64,000 bases of DNA from Macrostomum lignano (taxonomy: Eukaryota): assembly GCA_002269645.1 (NCBI GenBank), contig NIVC01000719.1, forward strand, positions 52,020-116,019. The letters are read 5' to 3'. Shown piece after piece: positions 24,150-46,229 of the stretch. The position numbers and the translations under genes are program-made. The notes below the pieces were generated by a model, which worked only from the letters and a program-made list of their open reading frames with translations, was not told the origin of the DNA and did no database searches. How positions within the stretch are numbered: position 1 is the stretch's first letter; every line of letters begins with the position of its first letter.

Positions 24150-25900
24150 ACACTTATTTGGGCTCCTGACACTTATCTGGGCTCCTGACACACTGGCTTT
24201 GGTGTTACTGACGCTTATTTGGGCTCCTGACGCTTATTTGGGCTCCTGACACTGGCTTTGGTGTTACTGACGCTCATTTGGGCTCCTGACACTGGCTTTG
24301 GTGTTACTGACGCTCATTTGGGCTCCTGACACTTATCTGAGCTCCTGACACTTATCTGGGCTCCTGACACTTATCTTGGCTCCTGACACTTATCTGGGCT
24401 CCTGACACTGACTTTGGTGTTACTGACGCTTATTTGGGCTCCTGACACTTATCTGGGCTCCTGACACTTATCTGGGCTCCTGACACACTGGCTTTGGTGT
24501 TACTGACGCTTATTTGGGCTCCTAACACTTATCTGGGCTTCTGACACAGGGTTTGGTGTTACTGACGCTCATTTGGGCTCCTGACACTTATCTGGCCTCC
24601 TGGCACTGGCTTTGGTGTTACTGACGCTTATTTGGGCTCCTGACACTTATCTGAGCTCCTGACACTTATCTGGGCTCCTGACACTGACTTTGGTGTTACT
24701 GACGCTTATTTGGGCTCCTGACACTTATCTGGGCTCCTGACACTTATCTGGGCTCCTGACACACTGGCTTTGGTGTTACTGACGCTTATTTGGGCTCCTA
24801 ACACTTATCTGGGCTTCTGACACAGGGTTTGGTGTTACCGACGCTCATTTGGGCTCCTGACACTTATCTGGCCTCCTGGCACTGGCTTTGGTGTTACTGA
24901 CGCTTATTTGGGCTCCTGACACTTATCTGAGCTCCTGACACTTATCTGGGCTCCTGACACTGACTTTGGTGTTACTGACGCTTATTTGGGCTCCTGACAC
25001 TTATCTGGGCTCCTGACACTTATCTGGGCTCCTGACACACTGGCTTTGGTGTTACTGACGCTTATTTGGGCTCCTAACACTTATCTGGGCTTCTGACACA
25101 GGGTTTGGTGTTACTGACGCTCATTTGGGCTCCTGACTCTTATCTGGCCTCCTGGCACTGGCTTTGGTGTTACTGACGCTTATTTGGGCTCCTGACACTT
25201 ATCTGGCCTCCTGACACTTATCTGGCCTCCTGGCACTGGCTTTGGTGTTACTGACGCTTATTTGGGCTCCTGACACTTATCTGAGCTCCTGACACTTATC
25301 TGGGCTCCTGACACTGACTTTGGTGTTACTGACGCTTATTTGGGCTCCTGACACTTATCTGGGCTCCTGACACTTATCTGGGCTCCTGACACACTGGCTT
25401 TGGTGTTACTGACGCTTATTTGGGCTCCTAACACTTATCTGGGCTTCTGACACAGGGTTTGGTGTTACTGACGCTCATTTGGGCTCCTGACACTTATCTG
25501 GCCTCCTGGCACTGGCTTTGGTGTTACTGACGCTTATTTGGGCTCCTGACACTTATCTGGCCTCCTGACACTGGCCAGATAAGTGTCAGGTGTTACTGAC
25601 GCAACCTATAAAAGGCTTTGGTGTTACTGACGCTTATTTGGGCTCCTGACACTTATTTGGGCTCCTGACACAGCTTTTGATGTTACTTACTGACACTTAT
25701 TTGGGCTCTTGACACTTCTTGGGCTACTGATATTTTTCAGCTACTGATACTTATTAGGGCTCTGATACTGATTCCTTGGCTTTTGGTTTTTCGAATTTTG
25801 TTTTCTGGGAGTCATTTTAGTGCCCTTGATACTTATGTAGACTCCTGACACTCATTTTGGTGCCCCTGACACTTATTTGGGCTTCTGACGTTTTTTTTGG
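24150..25900. repeat. Compound minisatellite (19-bp CTCCTGACACTTATCTGGG plus ~40-bp units) with a 276-bp higher-order repeat and a degenerating right end
   Basis: Variant CCTAACAC occurs at 24521, 24797, 25073 and 25427 (spacings 276, 276, 354). Confidence 0.95.
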
Positions 25901-26249
25901 CCTACTAACATCCAGGCCTTCTTCCTGACACTACTATGGGCTTCCCTGACACTATCTTGACGCGCCTGACACTTATTGCCGTCTCTGACACCTCTGTTTT
26001 TCCGACACTCATTTGGAATTCCCAGTGACACTTTTTCGTACCTTCTGACACTCATTTTGATGTCGAAATTGAGCTGGATAAATTTATTTAGTTAAATTTG
26101 TAGTTAACACTTGATTTTTTATGTTGACTACTAAAAGTAACCTAAATAACATTTCTCGCATCTTATTCTTGAATTTCTGACCGAATCAATTGGCTGCTGC
26201 TGTTAAAGAAAATCACGCATACACAAATAGCAATCATATTAAGCCCCAA

Positions 26250-28169
26250 ATGTCGGTACTTGAGTACACTAACCAGCTGGCCCAGCTGCTGCTAACTGGC
26301 TTGACATCGACTCCTCCAACTGAGCCGGATAAGCTGAAAGATAGTTTAAAATCGGCAAAGTCGCCGAGTCAATGCTCAGCTGACGATAGGAAATCGGCAT
26401 TAGATCAAGCGTTTAGAGATTGCGCCAGATCTGTAGCGGCCTTCACAGATGAGGCTAAACGAATGAGCTCGATTGGTAGGCTAGTAGATCTCAGCGTTCG
26501 AGTTGCTAGCCGCGAAGCCGAAGACATGTGCAGCGCTAGCCTGCCGTTTCTAATCTTATCGGATGTATTCGAGCTGACGCCAATTAGCGAGTGCGAGCGA
26601 GTGTTCGGCCTGCTAGAGGATCGAGTGTCGGATTTGAGTTCGCCGGCACTGTTTACCTCTGGCAAGAGTCTGCTACTGCGCATGTGCAATGATCTGCTCA
26701 GGCGCCTGTCTAAAAGTCGCAACACGGTATTCTGCGGCCGAATCCAACTGTTCTTTTCTAGGCTATTCCCATTGGATGATAAGTCTGGCATTAATTTTAT
26801 GTCGCATTTCAATGCCGATTTTGTTAATTACGCTAAGAGCGCCGAGTCGGAACCGGCTGGTAGCGGTCACACCGCTTTCTATATGAAATTCTGGACTCTG
26901 CAGCAGTACTTCCGTCAGCCGGCTCTGTGCTATCAGGCAGCTAATTGGTCTAACCTGTGCACCAGTGTTGACACTCTGTTAGACACATTTGCCGGCATGA
27001 AAATTGAAGCGGTTCGCGACTCGTCCGACCAGTTCTATCCGTATTATTTGACATCGCAGCGGTTGTTAGACTTGCAGCTGCTTGATCACAGGTTTAGACG
27101 GGCCCTGCTAGTGCAACTGTTAGTGCTGCTGCAGTATCTTGTGGCTCATGTTAAATTTAAATCGGCCGATCAGCAGTTGAAACCGGATCAGGCCGACTGG
27201 GTAGCGGCTACTAAACAGCGCGCATTCGCTATTCTACGCGAGACCCCGCCAGATGCTGAGGAATTTGCTAAACTAGTTGAACACGTGCTCGAACGCGAAG
27301 AGCTCTGGTCTCAATGGAAGAATGACAGCTGTCCGTCCATTGTACGCGACCCGCCAGCTGACGAGCCCGAAGCTGACAAGCTGCAGCAGCAGCGAGCTGG
27401 CAGAAAGCGCCGTCCCAATGTCCTGGTTGATCGTGACGGGCACAAGCTGTTCCGGTTCGCTAATCCCCGCCTAACCCAGCTGTGGCGCCTCTGCCCGGAC
27501 AATATGGAAGCCGCTAAAGATCGCGAGTTCACGCCGGAGCTGCAGCCATTCTTTGCCGACGCTATTGACGAGGCCGACCCTGAGCAGCTAGTCGAGGAGC
27601 AATATAAACGAGTCAATAGCGAGTCCTGGGCCTGGTGCGCCCTCCGCCTGCTGTCCCGTAAGAGTCCATACTTTTTTCAGAACCAAGCCCAAGGTCCCAG
27701 CCAAGTGGTGGCGCCCGGCCGGCCGTTGCGCGAGTACCTTGATAACATATTGACTCATCTGGCTCGCGACTTCAATTCTTCCGCCGCGTCGGCGCCTGCT
27801 GCTGCTTCGTCGGACACCCCGGTCGAATCCACTACGCCGGCCAGACATCAGAATGGCAACGGAAACGGCAACGAAGATGAGGAGGACTCGTCGGCCGATC
27901 TCATCAGCGTAGAAGTGATTAGCCAGATGGCCGAAGCTCTGGGCAGTCGTTGGCGCGAACTCGGCACCGAGCTGGGCCTGCCCACCGACCAGCTGGATAG
28001 CATCGCAGACGAATGCGCCGCCGACAGCCAGATCGACATGGCCGTTGCTAAAGTGTTGAAACTGTGGACTGCTCAGCGACCAGACAATGGCGGCGACATT
28101 AGGTCGGAGCTGCTATTGGTACTGGGCAAATTCAAAGGCCTAGCCAAACTTGTGGCCAGTTTAAAATGA
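26250..28169 (+). CDS. THOC1: THO complex subunit 1 (Hpr1/p84) with C-terminal death domain; intronless
   Basis: GKSLLLRMCNDLLRRLSKSRNTVFCGRIQLF, FWTLQQYFRQP, YLTSQRLLDLQL, REELWSQWKNDSCP; death-domain-like LGSRWRELGTELGL. First in-frame ATG is 26250. Confidence 0.96.
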   Translation: MSVLEYTNQLAQLLLTGLTSTPPTEPDKLKDSLKSAKSPSQCSADDRKSALDQAFRDCARSVAAFTDEAKRMSSIGRLVDLSVRVASREAEDMCSASLPFLILSDVFELTPISECERVFGLLEDRVSDLSSPALFTSGKSLLLRMCNDLLRRLSKSRNTVFCGRIQLFFSRLFPLDDKSGINFMSHFNADFVNYAKSAESEPAGSGHTAFYMKFWTLQQYFRQPALCYQAANWSNLCTSVDTLLDTFAGMKIEAVRDSSDQFYPYYLTSQRLLDLQLLDHRFRRALLVQLLVLLQYLVAHVKFKSADQQLKPDQADWVAATKQRAFAILRETPPDAEEFAKLVEHVLEREELWSQWKNDSCPSIVRDPPADEPEADKLQQQRAGRKRRPNVLVDRDGHKLFRFANPRLTQLWRLCPDNMEAAKDREFTPELQPFFADAIDEADPEQLVEEQYKRVNSESWAWCALRLLSRKSPYFFQNQAQGPSQVVAPGRPLREYLDNILTHLARDFNSSAASAPAAASSDTPVESTTPARHQNGNGNGNEDEEDSSADLISVEVISQMAEALGSRWRELGTELGLPTDQLDSIADECAADSQIDMAVAKVLKLWTAQRPDNGGDIRSELLLVLGKFKGLAKLVASLK

Positions 28170-29304
28170 GCTCAAGCGCTTAACAAAACATTCTGCCTGT
28201 CTGTCTGATGGCAATACCGCAGCGGTCTATGCTGATCTTGTTGGCCAACCTTAATTTTTACTAAGAGATGTTTTTTGTCACCAAAAAAATCCATCTACCC
28301 TGGGAAGCAGGCCGTTGTCTCTGATTATAAAGATTTGGATTGTGAAATGCATTTAGCTTTTCCTTACAATTTTATAACAAATTTGTCCATTTGTTTGGCC
28401 ATAAGATTAGAAAAAACAAAAGATAGATTAGTTTCTTAATAATGGACATTGTTTTTGGAGCAAGACATACTAATTGCTTGTATTGTATTTATGTTTATTA
28501 TTATGTGTAGTTTTTCTTCTGTTAATAAACTGTCCATCTATATATAGAAAATGCTTCATGAAGCATTGCAAGCATTTTTTGTTTGTCTGTCAAATCCCGT
28601 CAGAATTGGCTAAGGGGTTTTACTTTATAACAATAATAAATTAATGGCTACTATTGCTTATATCGTAGGCTAAATTTTATCATTTCGGACCCCGTTGCGT
28701 ACCCTGTGTAACTGTCTGAAATTAAACATGAAAATCGGCAAGCTCTTTGTACATTAGTAATCATTCCTTCATTATAATAATGTACTACTATGTATAAACT
28801 ATTACAAAACTAATATTATTTTGTACTATCTCCCTGTCTACTCTTTTTTGCGACTGTGTAATTCTTTGCTTCTTGTGTCACTGGCGCACTAAGTTCGGCT
28901 CTGCAGCGTGTTCTTAAAGGCTTAAAAATATATGTTTTTTTAAACATACAAATTCTCTCATCTATTGTTAGTAAAAACTTTGATTAAGGATATTAAGGTG
29001 TTTTTCTATTGTTGCAAACACCTTTCTCAGTGAGCTTCAAGGCGCTTTGGTCTGGGTTTTTTTGCAATTTGGCTCTAGATTGATGTCTATATACACTGGG
29101 TCAGTATTTAGGACTAGATTCCAATCAGTAAATCCTGGTGTTAGTCAAAATGTCAGTGTCTAGATATTATGTACAAATATATATAGGTGATGAGGTTAAA
29201 TCTAGATCCCCTATGAGATTTTTATGCCAAGGTAGACATCTAGGTCATGTTTTTAAAAATTACTAAATCTAAAAGTCTTCTACTTCTGAGTTCTAAAGTA
29301 AGTT

Positions 29305-39694
<10,390 letters not shown>

Positions 39695-40369
39695 TCGATG
39701 AGTCAGAGTGAAAACTGAATTGGTTTGACTTGTCAGAAACTTGATTCATGATTTTTGAGATTTCATGATGATCTTGCTATAGAAAAAATAGACACAGAAA
39801 AAAGCAGTCTGTGTGTGATTTTGTTATTTACTTCTCTTTAGTTTGTGTTTTGATCTTATTGCAATTTTTGTGTACTTTTTTCATACCACTGGAATGGCAA
39901 TTTGTTTAACGGAAAATGTGTTTGCCAATGATTGAATTACAATATATTGGAAATTTCAGCAAAGACGAATTGCATTCTGGTGGTATTCTCACTCCCGCTT
40001 TAATTAATGTGTTTTAAGTACACTATATATCTACTATATTCTGTTGGTGGCAGATCTTTGTTATATTTATTTCATGCACTAACTGACCGACTAACTGTCT
40101 TATGATTCTCTGATTCTGTTTTAATGCTCTATTTATTTGGTTTCAAAATTAAATCTTTACTAAATAATTGAATTTGTCAATCTATCAATATTGGTACGAT
40201 TATATCAAATAATAATTAATGATAACTAAATGATAGTCAGTGTCATTGTTGGTTCGGACTAGTTTTGGACTAACTGGTTTGACAAAACAAGTTTATTAGT
40301 CTTATTTATTTATTTATTTATTTAGAAGTAATTATTTAGGCCATTTTAAATTCCCATTATTTACCTATA

Positions 40370-40560
40370 AGTAGCCACCCGCGCGCACGGTCCCTGGTTC
40401 GATTCCCTGCAAGGTGCATGAGGGCCAGTCTTCAATGAAGGCACAGAGTGCACATGCCTGACAGGATTGTATGTGCTCAGGATTGCCACCGAAGGCCCAC
40501 AGAGTCCGCTTGCAGATATTGTTGCTACTATTGCACCCCAATGTGGTCCTTCAGGGGATC
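40370..40560 (+). mobile_element. Possible SINE remnant upstream of HSF
   Basis: B-box GGTTCGATTCC at 40396-40406, plus TGCACATGCCTGAC shared with the 35335/63253 family. No clear A-box. Confidence 0.35.
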
Positions 40561-40607
40561 TGCAGCACCCTTAGACAGAATTCGGTTCTTTGTTTAGTAG
40601 GCACATG

Positions 40608-40633
40608 TTTTCCTTTCTCCCCCATGCAAACAG
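40608..40633 (+). promoter_or_regulatory. Candidate (trans-)splice acceptor 7 nt before the HSF ATG
   Basis: TTTTCCTTTCTCCCCATGCAAACAG|CGAAGCG-ATG. Confidence 0.55.
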
Positions 40634-40640
40634 CGAAGCG

Positions 40641-41855
40641 ATGCCGTCCGGTCGAATACCATCTGACGTGCCCGGATTCGTGGTGAACCTGTGGCACCTA
40701 GTGCAGGACCCGGCAGCTCAGCAGCTCATCTCCTGGTCAGACGATGGCAAATCATTCTTAATCACGGATGGCAACCTGCTGGCCCGGGAAGTCCTGCCTT
40801 GCTACTTCAAGCACAGCAACTTATCTAGTTTTGTACGCCAGCTAAACTTGTATTCGTTTCGAAAGATGATTAGACCAGATTTAATCACCGAATTTGCTCA
40901 TCCGTGCTTTCAACGCGACAGTCCCCATCGGATGTCGGAGATTCGACGCGTGCCGCAGAACAGCGCCGCGGCCGCAGCGGCGGCTAACAAAGGCCGAGTC
41001 CGATCCGATTTGGCCAGCGTTAAGGCTAAGCAATCTGGCAACGAGGAGGAGCTGACCAGGCTGCGGACGGAGAATCAGCAGCTCTGGCTGGAGGTGCAGT
41101 ACCTACGCCAGCAGCAGCGTCATCATCAGGACGCTGTCAGATGGCTGTTGAACTTCTTCTCTCTGTTGATGCCAAAGCGTCGGGCGCCGGCTCAGATGGC
41201 CATCGAGTCCGGCCAGCCCGTTGCTAAGCGACAGCGTCTAGCTACGTTCAGCTGTTCCGGCGGCGACGTCGGCAGCAGCGGCGGTGCTGGCGTCGGAACA
41301 AGCAGCGCTGAAGGCGAAGTCACCATCGAGGATGTGACGGAGTTCTTAATGTCGTCGGATTCTCCTCAAGCTTCTGTAGCTGTTGCTGCTGCCGCTGCTG
41401 CCCTGCCGCCGCCTCGGCAGCAGCAGCAGCAGCAGCAGATTGGCTTCAACGATGAGCAGCTGCAGACTGAGCAAAGCCCTGTCGATAGCCAGAGTGAGCC
41501 CGCACTCAGTTCCGACATCGACTCAATCGTTGGCAGCTCTTCAATGAATTTGCCCTCCCCAATGCATCAAATGTTCGACAATCCCAACCAGCTGCCGCCA
41601 TTGGATGCCTTTCTAGATTTTATCGATCCGGCTAGCAGTCACGAGGCTGATAATCAGCTGTTAAGCCTTCTGGCCGATCCTAGCGAACAGCTGCACGTGT
41701 CGCTTGAGGAGTTTGTAGAGCCGCAGCCTCAGCCTCATTCAGATAGTGCTCAAGCCAGCCCGTCACAGTCGGCCAGTTCCGTTGAAGAATCGGAATCGTC
41801 TGCACCAAACAACAAATCTAAACAGGCCCTGGTTCCTCATCCTCTAATTGGTTAG
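40641..41855 (+). CDS. HSF: Heat shock factor family transcription factor (HSF DNA-binding domain plus HR-A/B coiled coil); intronless
   Basis: VPGFVVNLWHLV..ISWSDDGKSFLI..LPCYFKHSNLSSFVRQLNLYSFRK..EFAHPCF; heptad LRTENQQLWLEVQYLRQQQ..AVRWLLNFF; acidic C-terminus. Confidence 0.93.
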   Translation: MPSGRIPSDVPGFVVNLWHLVQDPAAQQLISWSDDGKSFLITDGNLLAREVLPCYFKHSNLSSFVRQLNLYSFRKMIRPDLITEFAHPCFQRDSPHRMSEIRRVPQNSAAAAAAANKGRVRSDLASVKAKQSGNEEELTRLRTENQQLWLEVQYLRQQQRHHQDAVRWLLNFFSLLMPKRRAPAQMAIESGQPVAKRQRLATFSCSGGDVGSSGGAGVGTSSAEGEVTIEDVTEFLMSSDSPQASVAVAAAAAALPPPRQQQQQQQIGFNDEQLQTEQSPVDSQSEPALSSDIDSIVGSSSMNLPSPMHQMFDNPNQLPPLDAFLDFIDPASSHEADNQLLSLLADPSEQLHVSLEEFVEPQPQPHSDSAQASPSQSASSVEESESSAPNNKSKQALVPHPLIG

Positions 41856-42218
41856 TTACTACTAAGCTGGAGACTACTTTATCGTCAACTTCTACTCGTA
41901 TTCAAATTTATAGTTTGCGCTGATTGGTAAAAAATTTACTCTTCTAACTATCCGCATTTCTACATGCTAAAACTCGCGTTTGTACAGAGTTTACAGTTTT
42001 CTATGCGAAATAATCGACTGTATAACAATATTTTTATACTATAATTGGGGTTCAACGTTTGTTTCTAGTGCTTTTTTGTAACTCGTGTCTCGATCAGATG
42101 GCAATTTGTTATACACGTACAAGTGTATGTATGGTATTTGCTGCGGTACAGAAATACATCTTTGCCAAGCCTGTGATGGAGTACACAGCTTCTTTGTGTT
42201 TGATTTATTTTAATTCGT

Positions 42219-42664
42219 CTGACTGACTGACACACTGACTAACCCACTGACACACTGACTGACCCACTAACCCACTGATACACTGACTGACCCACTGACT
42301 GACCCACTAACCCACTGACTGACCCACTAACCCACTGACTGACCCACTAACCCACTGATTTACTGACTGACTGACTGACTGACCGACTCACTGACCCACT
42401 GACTGACCGACCCACTGACCTACTAACCCACTGACTGACCCACTGACCTACTGACCCACTGACCTACTGACCCACTGACTGACCGACCCACTGACCTACT
42501 GACCCACTGACTGACCGACCCACTGACCTACTAGCCCACTGACTGACCCACTGACCTACTAACTCACTAACTGACCCACTGACTGACTGACTGACCCACT
42601 GACCTACTAACTCACTGACTGACCCACTGACCTGCTGACCCACTGACTGACTGACTGACCGACC
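42219..42664. repeat. ACTG/ACCC/ACCT-based compound micro/minisatellite
   Basis: Directly visible (CCCACTGACTGA and GACCCACTGACCTACT units). Confidence 0.93.
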
Positions 42665-42729
42665 GCCTATTGCTTAAAGCTCCTCTATCTTGAATGCGTG
42701 ACTAATGAATTCAAATTATATTTAACGAT

Positions 42730-42745
42730 TACTTTTAAATTTCAG
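42730..42745 (+). promoter_or_regulatory. Candidate (trans-)splice acceptor 20 nt before the TRMT61A ATG
   Basis: TACTTTTAAATTTCAG|TGAGT...AAA-ATG. Confidence 0.5.
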
Positions 42746-42765
42746 TGAGTAAAAAATCACAGAAA

Positions 42766-43746
42766 ATGTCTCAGCAACAGCAGCAACAGCCCAACGCAGA
42801 AGAATCAGTATTCAATCGCCGATTTGTTGCCATTGGCGACGTTGTACTGCTGAAGCAGCGCCACGGCAACACTAAGACTGTCCGAGTCACCTCAGCGGAC
42901 GGCACCGTACAGACAGTTGGCGGCCTCTTGAAATTCTCCGACCTGATTGGCCGTCGCTATGGCTCCCGGTTGGTAACCAAGCGCGGCTTTGTGCGCCTAT
43001 TGCCCCTAGTGCCGGAGCTGTGGGCCCGGGCGCTGCCGCATCGTACTCAGATTCTCTATCCGCCAGACACCTGCCTGATAGTTGCCCAGCTGGACCTGCG
43101 ACCGGGTCGCATTGTGCTAGAAGCTGGCACTGGCAGCGCCGCGTTCACCCACTGCCTGGCCAGGACTGTCATGCCTACTGGCCGCGTGTTGACCTTCGAT
43201 TTTCACGCCGAACGAGCGGCCACGGCGCAGCGCGAGCTGACTGAGCACAGTCTGCAGCGTTGGGCCGTCTGCGAGCATCGCGACGTCTGCCAGCTGGGCT
43301 TCCCGGCTGGTTCCAACGCCGATGCCGTCTTCTTGGACCTGCCGCAGCCCTGGCTGACTGTGCCCAGCCTGCCGGCCTGTCTGCGTCCCGGCGCCAGATT
43401 CGGCAGCTTCAGTCCGTGCGTTCAACAGGCCGAGCGGACCGCCGCGGCTCTGCGCGAGTGCCGCCGATTCACCGACCTGATCGGCATGGAGTGCCATCAG
43501 CGGCGCTACTCCTTGCAGCCGCGCAGCCTGCCGTCGGCCGATTTGGGTCCCGAAGACGACGGCAACGACGCTGCTAGTGCTCCTGCTCCCGAGGATGATA
43601 AAGAAGCTCCGGGCAAGTCGACAGCTCCTGCCTCTAAGGAGGCTTCGTCGTTGCCGCTTCGGGTTGCCGCAACTGAGCCGGCGTACGAGCAGCCGTGCCA
43701 TTCCGGCTTCCTTCTGTTTGCCACTTTCTATGGCCCAGCCGAATAA
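42766..43746 (+). CDS. TRMT61A: tRNA m1A58 methyltransferase catalytic subunit (Gcd14/Trm61); intronless
   Basis: PELWARALPHRTQILY, LRPGRIVLEAGTGS, TFDFHAERA, DAVFLDLPQPW, SFSPCVQQ, HSGFLLFAT. Confidence 0.94.
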   Translation: MSQQQQQQPNAEESVFNRRFVAIGDVVLLKQRHGNTKTVRVTSADGTVQTVGGLLKFSDLIGRRYGSRLVTKRGFVRLLPLVPELWARALPHRTQILYPPDTCLIVAQLDLRPGRIVLEAGTGSAAFTHCLARTVMPTGRVLTFDFHAERAATAQRELTEHSLQRWAVCEHRDVCQLGFPAGSNADAVFLDLPQPWLTVPSLPACLRPGARFGSFSPCVQQAERTAAALRECRRFTDLIGMECHQRRYSLQPRSLPSADLGPEDDGNDAASAPAPEDDKEAPGKSTAPASKEASSLPLRVAATEPAYEQPCHSGFLLFATFYGPAE

Positions 43747-43858
43747 TATTTGATGATGCCTTTATTATATATTGTGCTACAGCTAGTTCTACAGTATAAT
43801 TTGTTTTAATTCATGATTTGTATTTGGCTTGATCTAGGCATTTCGTGTAACGTACCTG

Positions 43859-44398
43859 CAAAGTCCCTGAGTCCTTAATCAAAGTCCCTGAATCCCGGAT
43901 CAAAGTCCCTGAGTCCCTAATCAAAGTCCCTGAATCCCTAATCAAAGTCCCTGAATCCCTAATCAAAGTCCCTGAATCCCTGATCAAAGTCCCTGAGTCC
44001 CTAATCAAAGTCCCTGAATCCCTGGTCAAAGTCCCTGAATCGCTAATCAGAGAAGTCCCTGAACCCCTGATCAGAGATGTCCCTGAACCTTGATCAGAGA
44101 TGTCCCTAAATCCCTAATCTGATCAGAGAAGTCCCTGAACCCCTGATCAGAAATGTCCCTGAACTTTGATCAGAGATGTCCTTAAATCCATAATCTGATC
44201 AGAGAAGTCCCTGAACCCCTGATCAGAAATGTCCCTGAACCTTGATCAGAGATGTCCTTAAATCCATAATCTGATGAGAGAAGTCCCTGAACCCCTGATA
44301 AGAGAAGCCCCTGAACTTCTGATAAGAGATGTCCCTGAACCCCTGGTCAGAAAATTCCCTGAACCCCTGGTCAGAAAAGTCCCTCAACCCCTGATCAG
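43859..44398. repeat. 21-23 bp minisatellite (ATCAAAGTCCCTGAATCCCTA grading into GATCAGAGA(A/T)GTCCCTGAACC variants)
   Basis: Directly visible tandem units. Confidence 0.93.
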
Positions 44399-44734
44399 TA
44401 GATATTAAATAATGCAATCAGTAGTCAAGGCAGCTTTCAAACCATTTGCTACGCATCTGTTTGAATTAGTTGCTTTTGTATTGAAAAAGTAAACGTAAAT
44501 ATTTTCAATTGGTGACACAAGCTGTACCAACAGTTCGACTTGTTGGCAACTTTTATTTTGATCGACCTTTGTTTTGTTGCGAAATTGAAATCCAATTAAT
44601 TTACTAAACGAAGTGTTGTCACTTAAGTTATGTACTATACACATCGGTTAATTGAACCGTGTCTTTAAATTTTATGACAGCAGCAGCAAAGCAAAAGCAG
44701 CAACAGTCTCAAAGCCAGCTGCACAAGACGATAT

Positions 44735-46201
44735 ATGGCGCCGAATTGGCAGCCGCTGCTTCCTCTATTGTCCGCCCTCTGTCTGGGCCTGGCGCTGCGG
44801 GCTGCCGTTGCGCCCTATCCGCACTCCGGCCAGTCCCGGCCGCCAATGTTTGGCGACTACGAGGCCCAGCGGCACTGGCAGGAGGTCACCACAGCCCTGC
44901 CAGTGTCCGAATGGTACATTAATAGTAGTAGGAACGACTTGCTCTACTGGGGCTTGGATTATCCGCCATTGAGCGCCTATCATAGTTTGGCGCTAGGCTA
45001 CCGCGCCGCCGCAATCAACGCCAGCTGGGTGGCGCTGGGCAGTTCGCGGGGCGAACAGAGTCCACCGCATAAGCTTTGGATGCGCGGCACAGTGCTAACT
45101 AGCGATTTATTCATTCACCTGCCAGTTCTGTTAGCTAGCGTAGCTTATTCACCTGTCAGTCCGCTGTTATTGCTATCGGCTGTTGCTATGCTGTCGCCGG
45201 GTCAGCCGCTGGTGGATCACGGACACTTTCAGTACAACTGTATCAGTCTGGGCCTAGCAGCGGCCGCTCATCTGCTTGTACTGCGCCGGCGACGCCTGCT
45301 AGGGACTTGCTTGTTCTGTCTGGCTCTTAACTATAAACAGATGGCTCTGTATCATTCTCTGCCGCTGTTCTGTCATCTGTTAGGCGACTGTTGCAATCTG
45401 CTATTGTCAGCCGCTGCTCCTTGGCGCGCTGTTAGACTGCTCTGTTCTCTAGCCGCTGTTGTTCTAGCCACCTTCCTGCTAGTGTGGTCGCCTCTACTTG
45501 CAGCCGCTCCCAATGGCAGGGCCGCTTTAGCCGCCTTGCAAAGATTATTCCCAATCGGCCGAGGATTATTCGAAGATCACGTGGCTAATGTTTGGTGCAC
45601 AATTAATGTGGTAGTGAAATTGAAAACTATTATTAGTCAGGGCGCCGCTGCCGCAGTTGCCGCCGTTGCCACCCTGGCCGCCTGCGCCCCGGCTCTCGTC
45701 CGCTGTCTGTACCGGCCTGGCCGATCCGCTCTCCTGTTCGCTTCCTTTGCCGCCTCGCTTGCCTTCTTTCTATTCTCTTATCAGGCGCACGAGAAGTCCA
45801 TCCTATTGCCGGCAATGTCGGCCGTTTTGCTATTGCCAGAGGCACCGTTGTTTGCCTGCAGTTTTCAATTGTTAGCGGCTATTAGCATGTGGCCATTATT
45901 AGCCTACAAAGACGGTTTGGCACTGCCAACTGTGTGCTGTGCCGGAGTCTTTGTTATCGCTGTTGGTTTACTATTCCGCTGGTCGCCATCGATTCGGCCA
46001 GCTAGCCGGCTAGTGGTCGCTTTGCACGCATGTTTGCACGCCCCGGCTCTGGCCGCTGTGCTAGCTGGTGCCGTGCTGCCAGCCCCGGCTAGCCTGCCAT
46101 ATCTGTACTCGCTGCTTGTGTCAGTGAGTTGCTGTGCCGCCTTCTGCGTATTCTTGCTGCTTGCACACCTTCGGTTGTGGCGCCTGATTGATCTGGCTTA
46201 A
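44735..46201 (+). CDS. ALG6: Dolichyl-PP-Man9GlcNAc2 alpha-1,3-glucosyltransferase; intronless
   Basis: YPHSGQSRPPMFGDYEAQRHWQE, YWGLDYPPLSAYHS, VDHGHFQYNCISLG, LNYKQMALY, RLFPIGRGLFEDHVANVWC, FLFSYQAHEKSILLP; many transmembrane segments. Acceptor-like TTTTATGACAG at 44670-44680. Confidence 0.96.
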   Translation: MAPNWQPLLPLLSALCLGLALRAAVAPYPHSGQSRPPMFGDYEAQRHWQEVTTALPVSEWYINSSRNDLLYWGLDYPPLSAYHSLALGYRAAAINASWVALGSSRGEQSPPHKLWMRGTVLTSDLFIHLPVLLASVAYSPVSPLLLLSAVAMLSPGQPLVDHGHFQYNCISLGLAAAAHLLVLRRRRLLGTCLFCLALNYKQMALYHSLPLFCHLLGDCCNLLLSAAAPWRAVRLLCSLAAVVLATFLLVWSPLLAAAPNGRAALAALQRLFPIGRGLFEDHVANVWCTINVVVKLKTIISQGAAAAVAAVATLAACAPALVRCLYRPGRSALLFASFAASLAFFLFSYQAHEKSILLPAMSAVLLLPEAPLFACSFQLLAAISMWPLLAYKDGLALPTVCCAGVFVIAVGLLFRWSPSIRPASRLVVALHACLHAPALAAVLAGAVLPAPASLPYLYSLLVSVSCCAAFCVFLLLAHLRLWRLIDLA

Positions 46202-46229
46202 TGAAATAATTCCTCTTGTCAACTGTGTA

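Noticed and set aside
24150-25900. CRISPR-like appearance of alternating repeat units
   Set aside because: Intervening segments are themselves repeated rather than unique spacers, there are no cas genes, and the context is eukaryotic.
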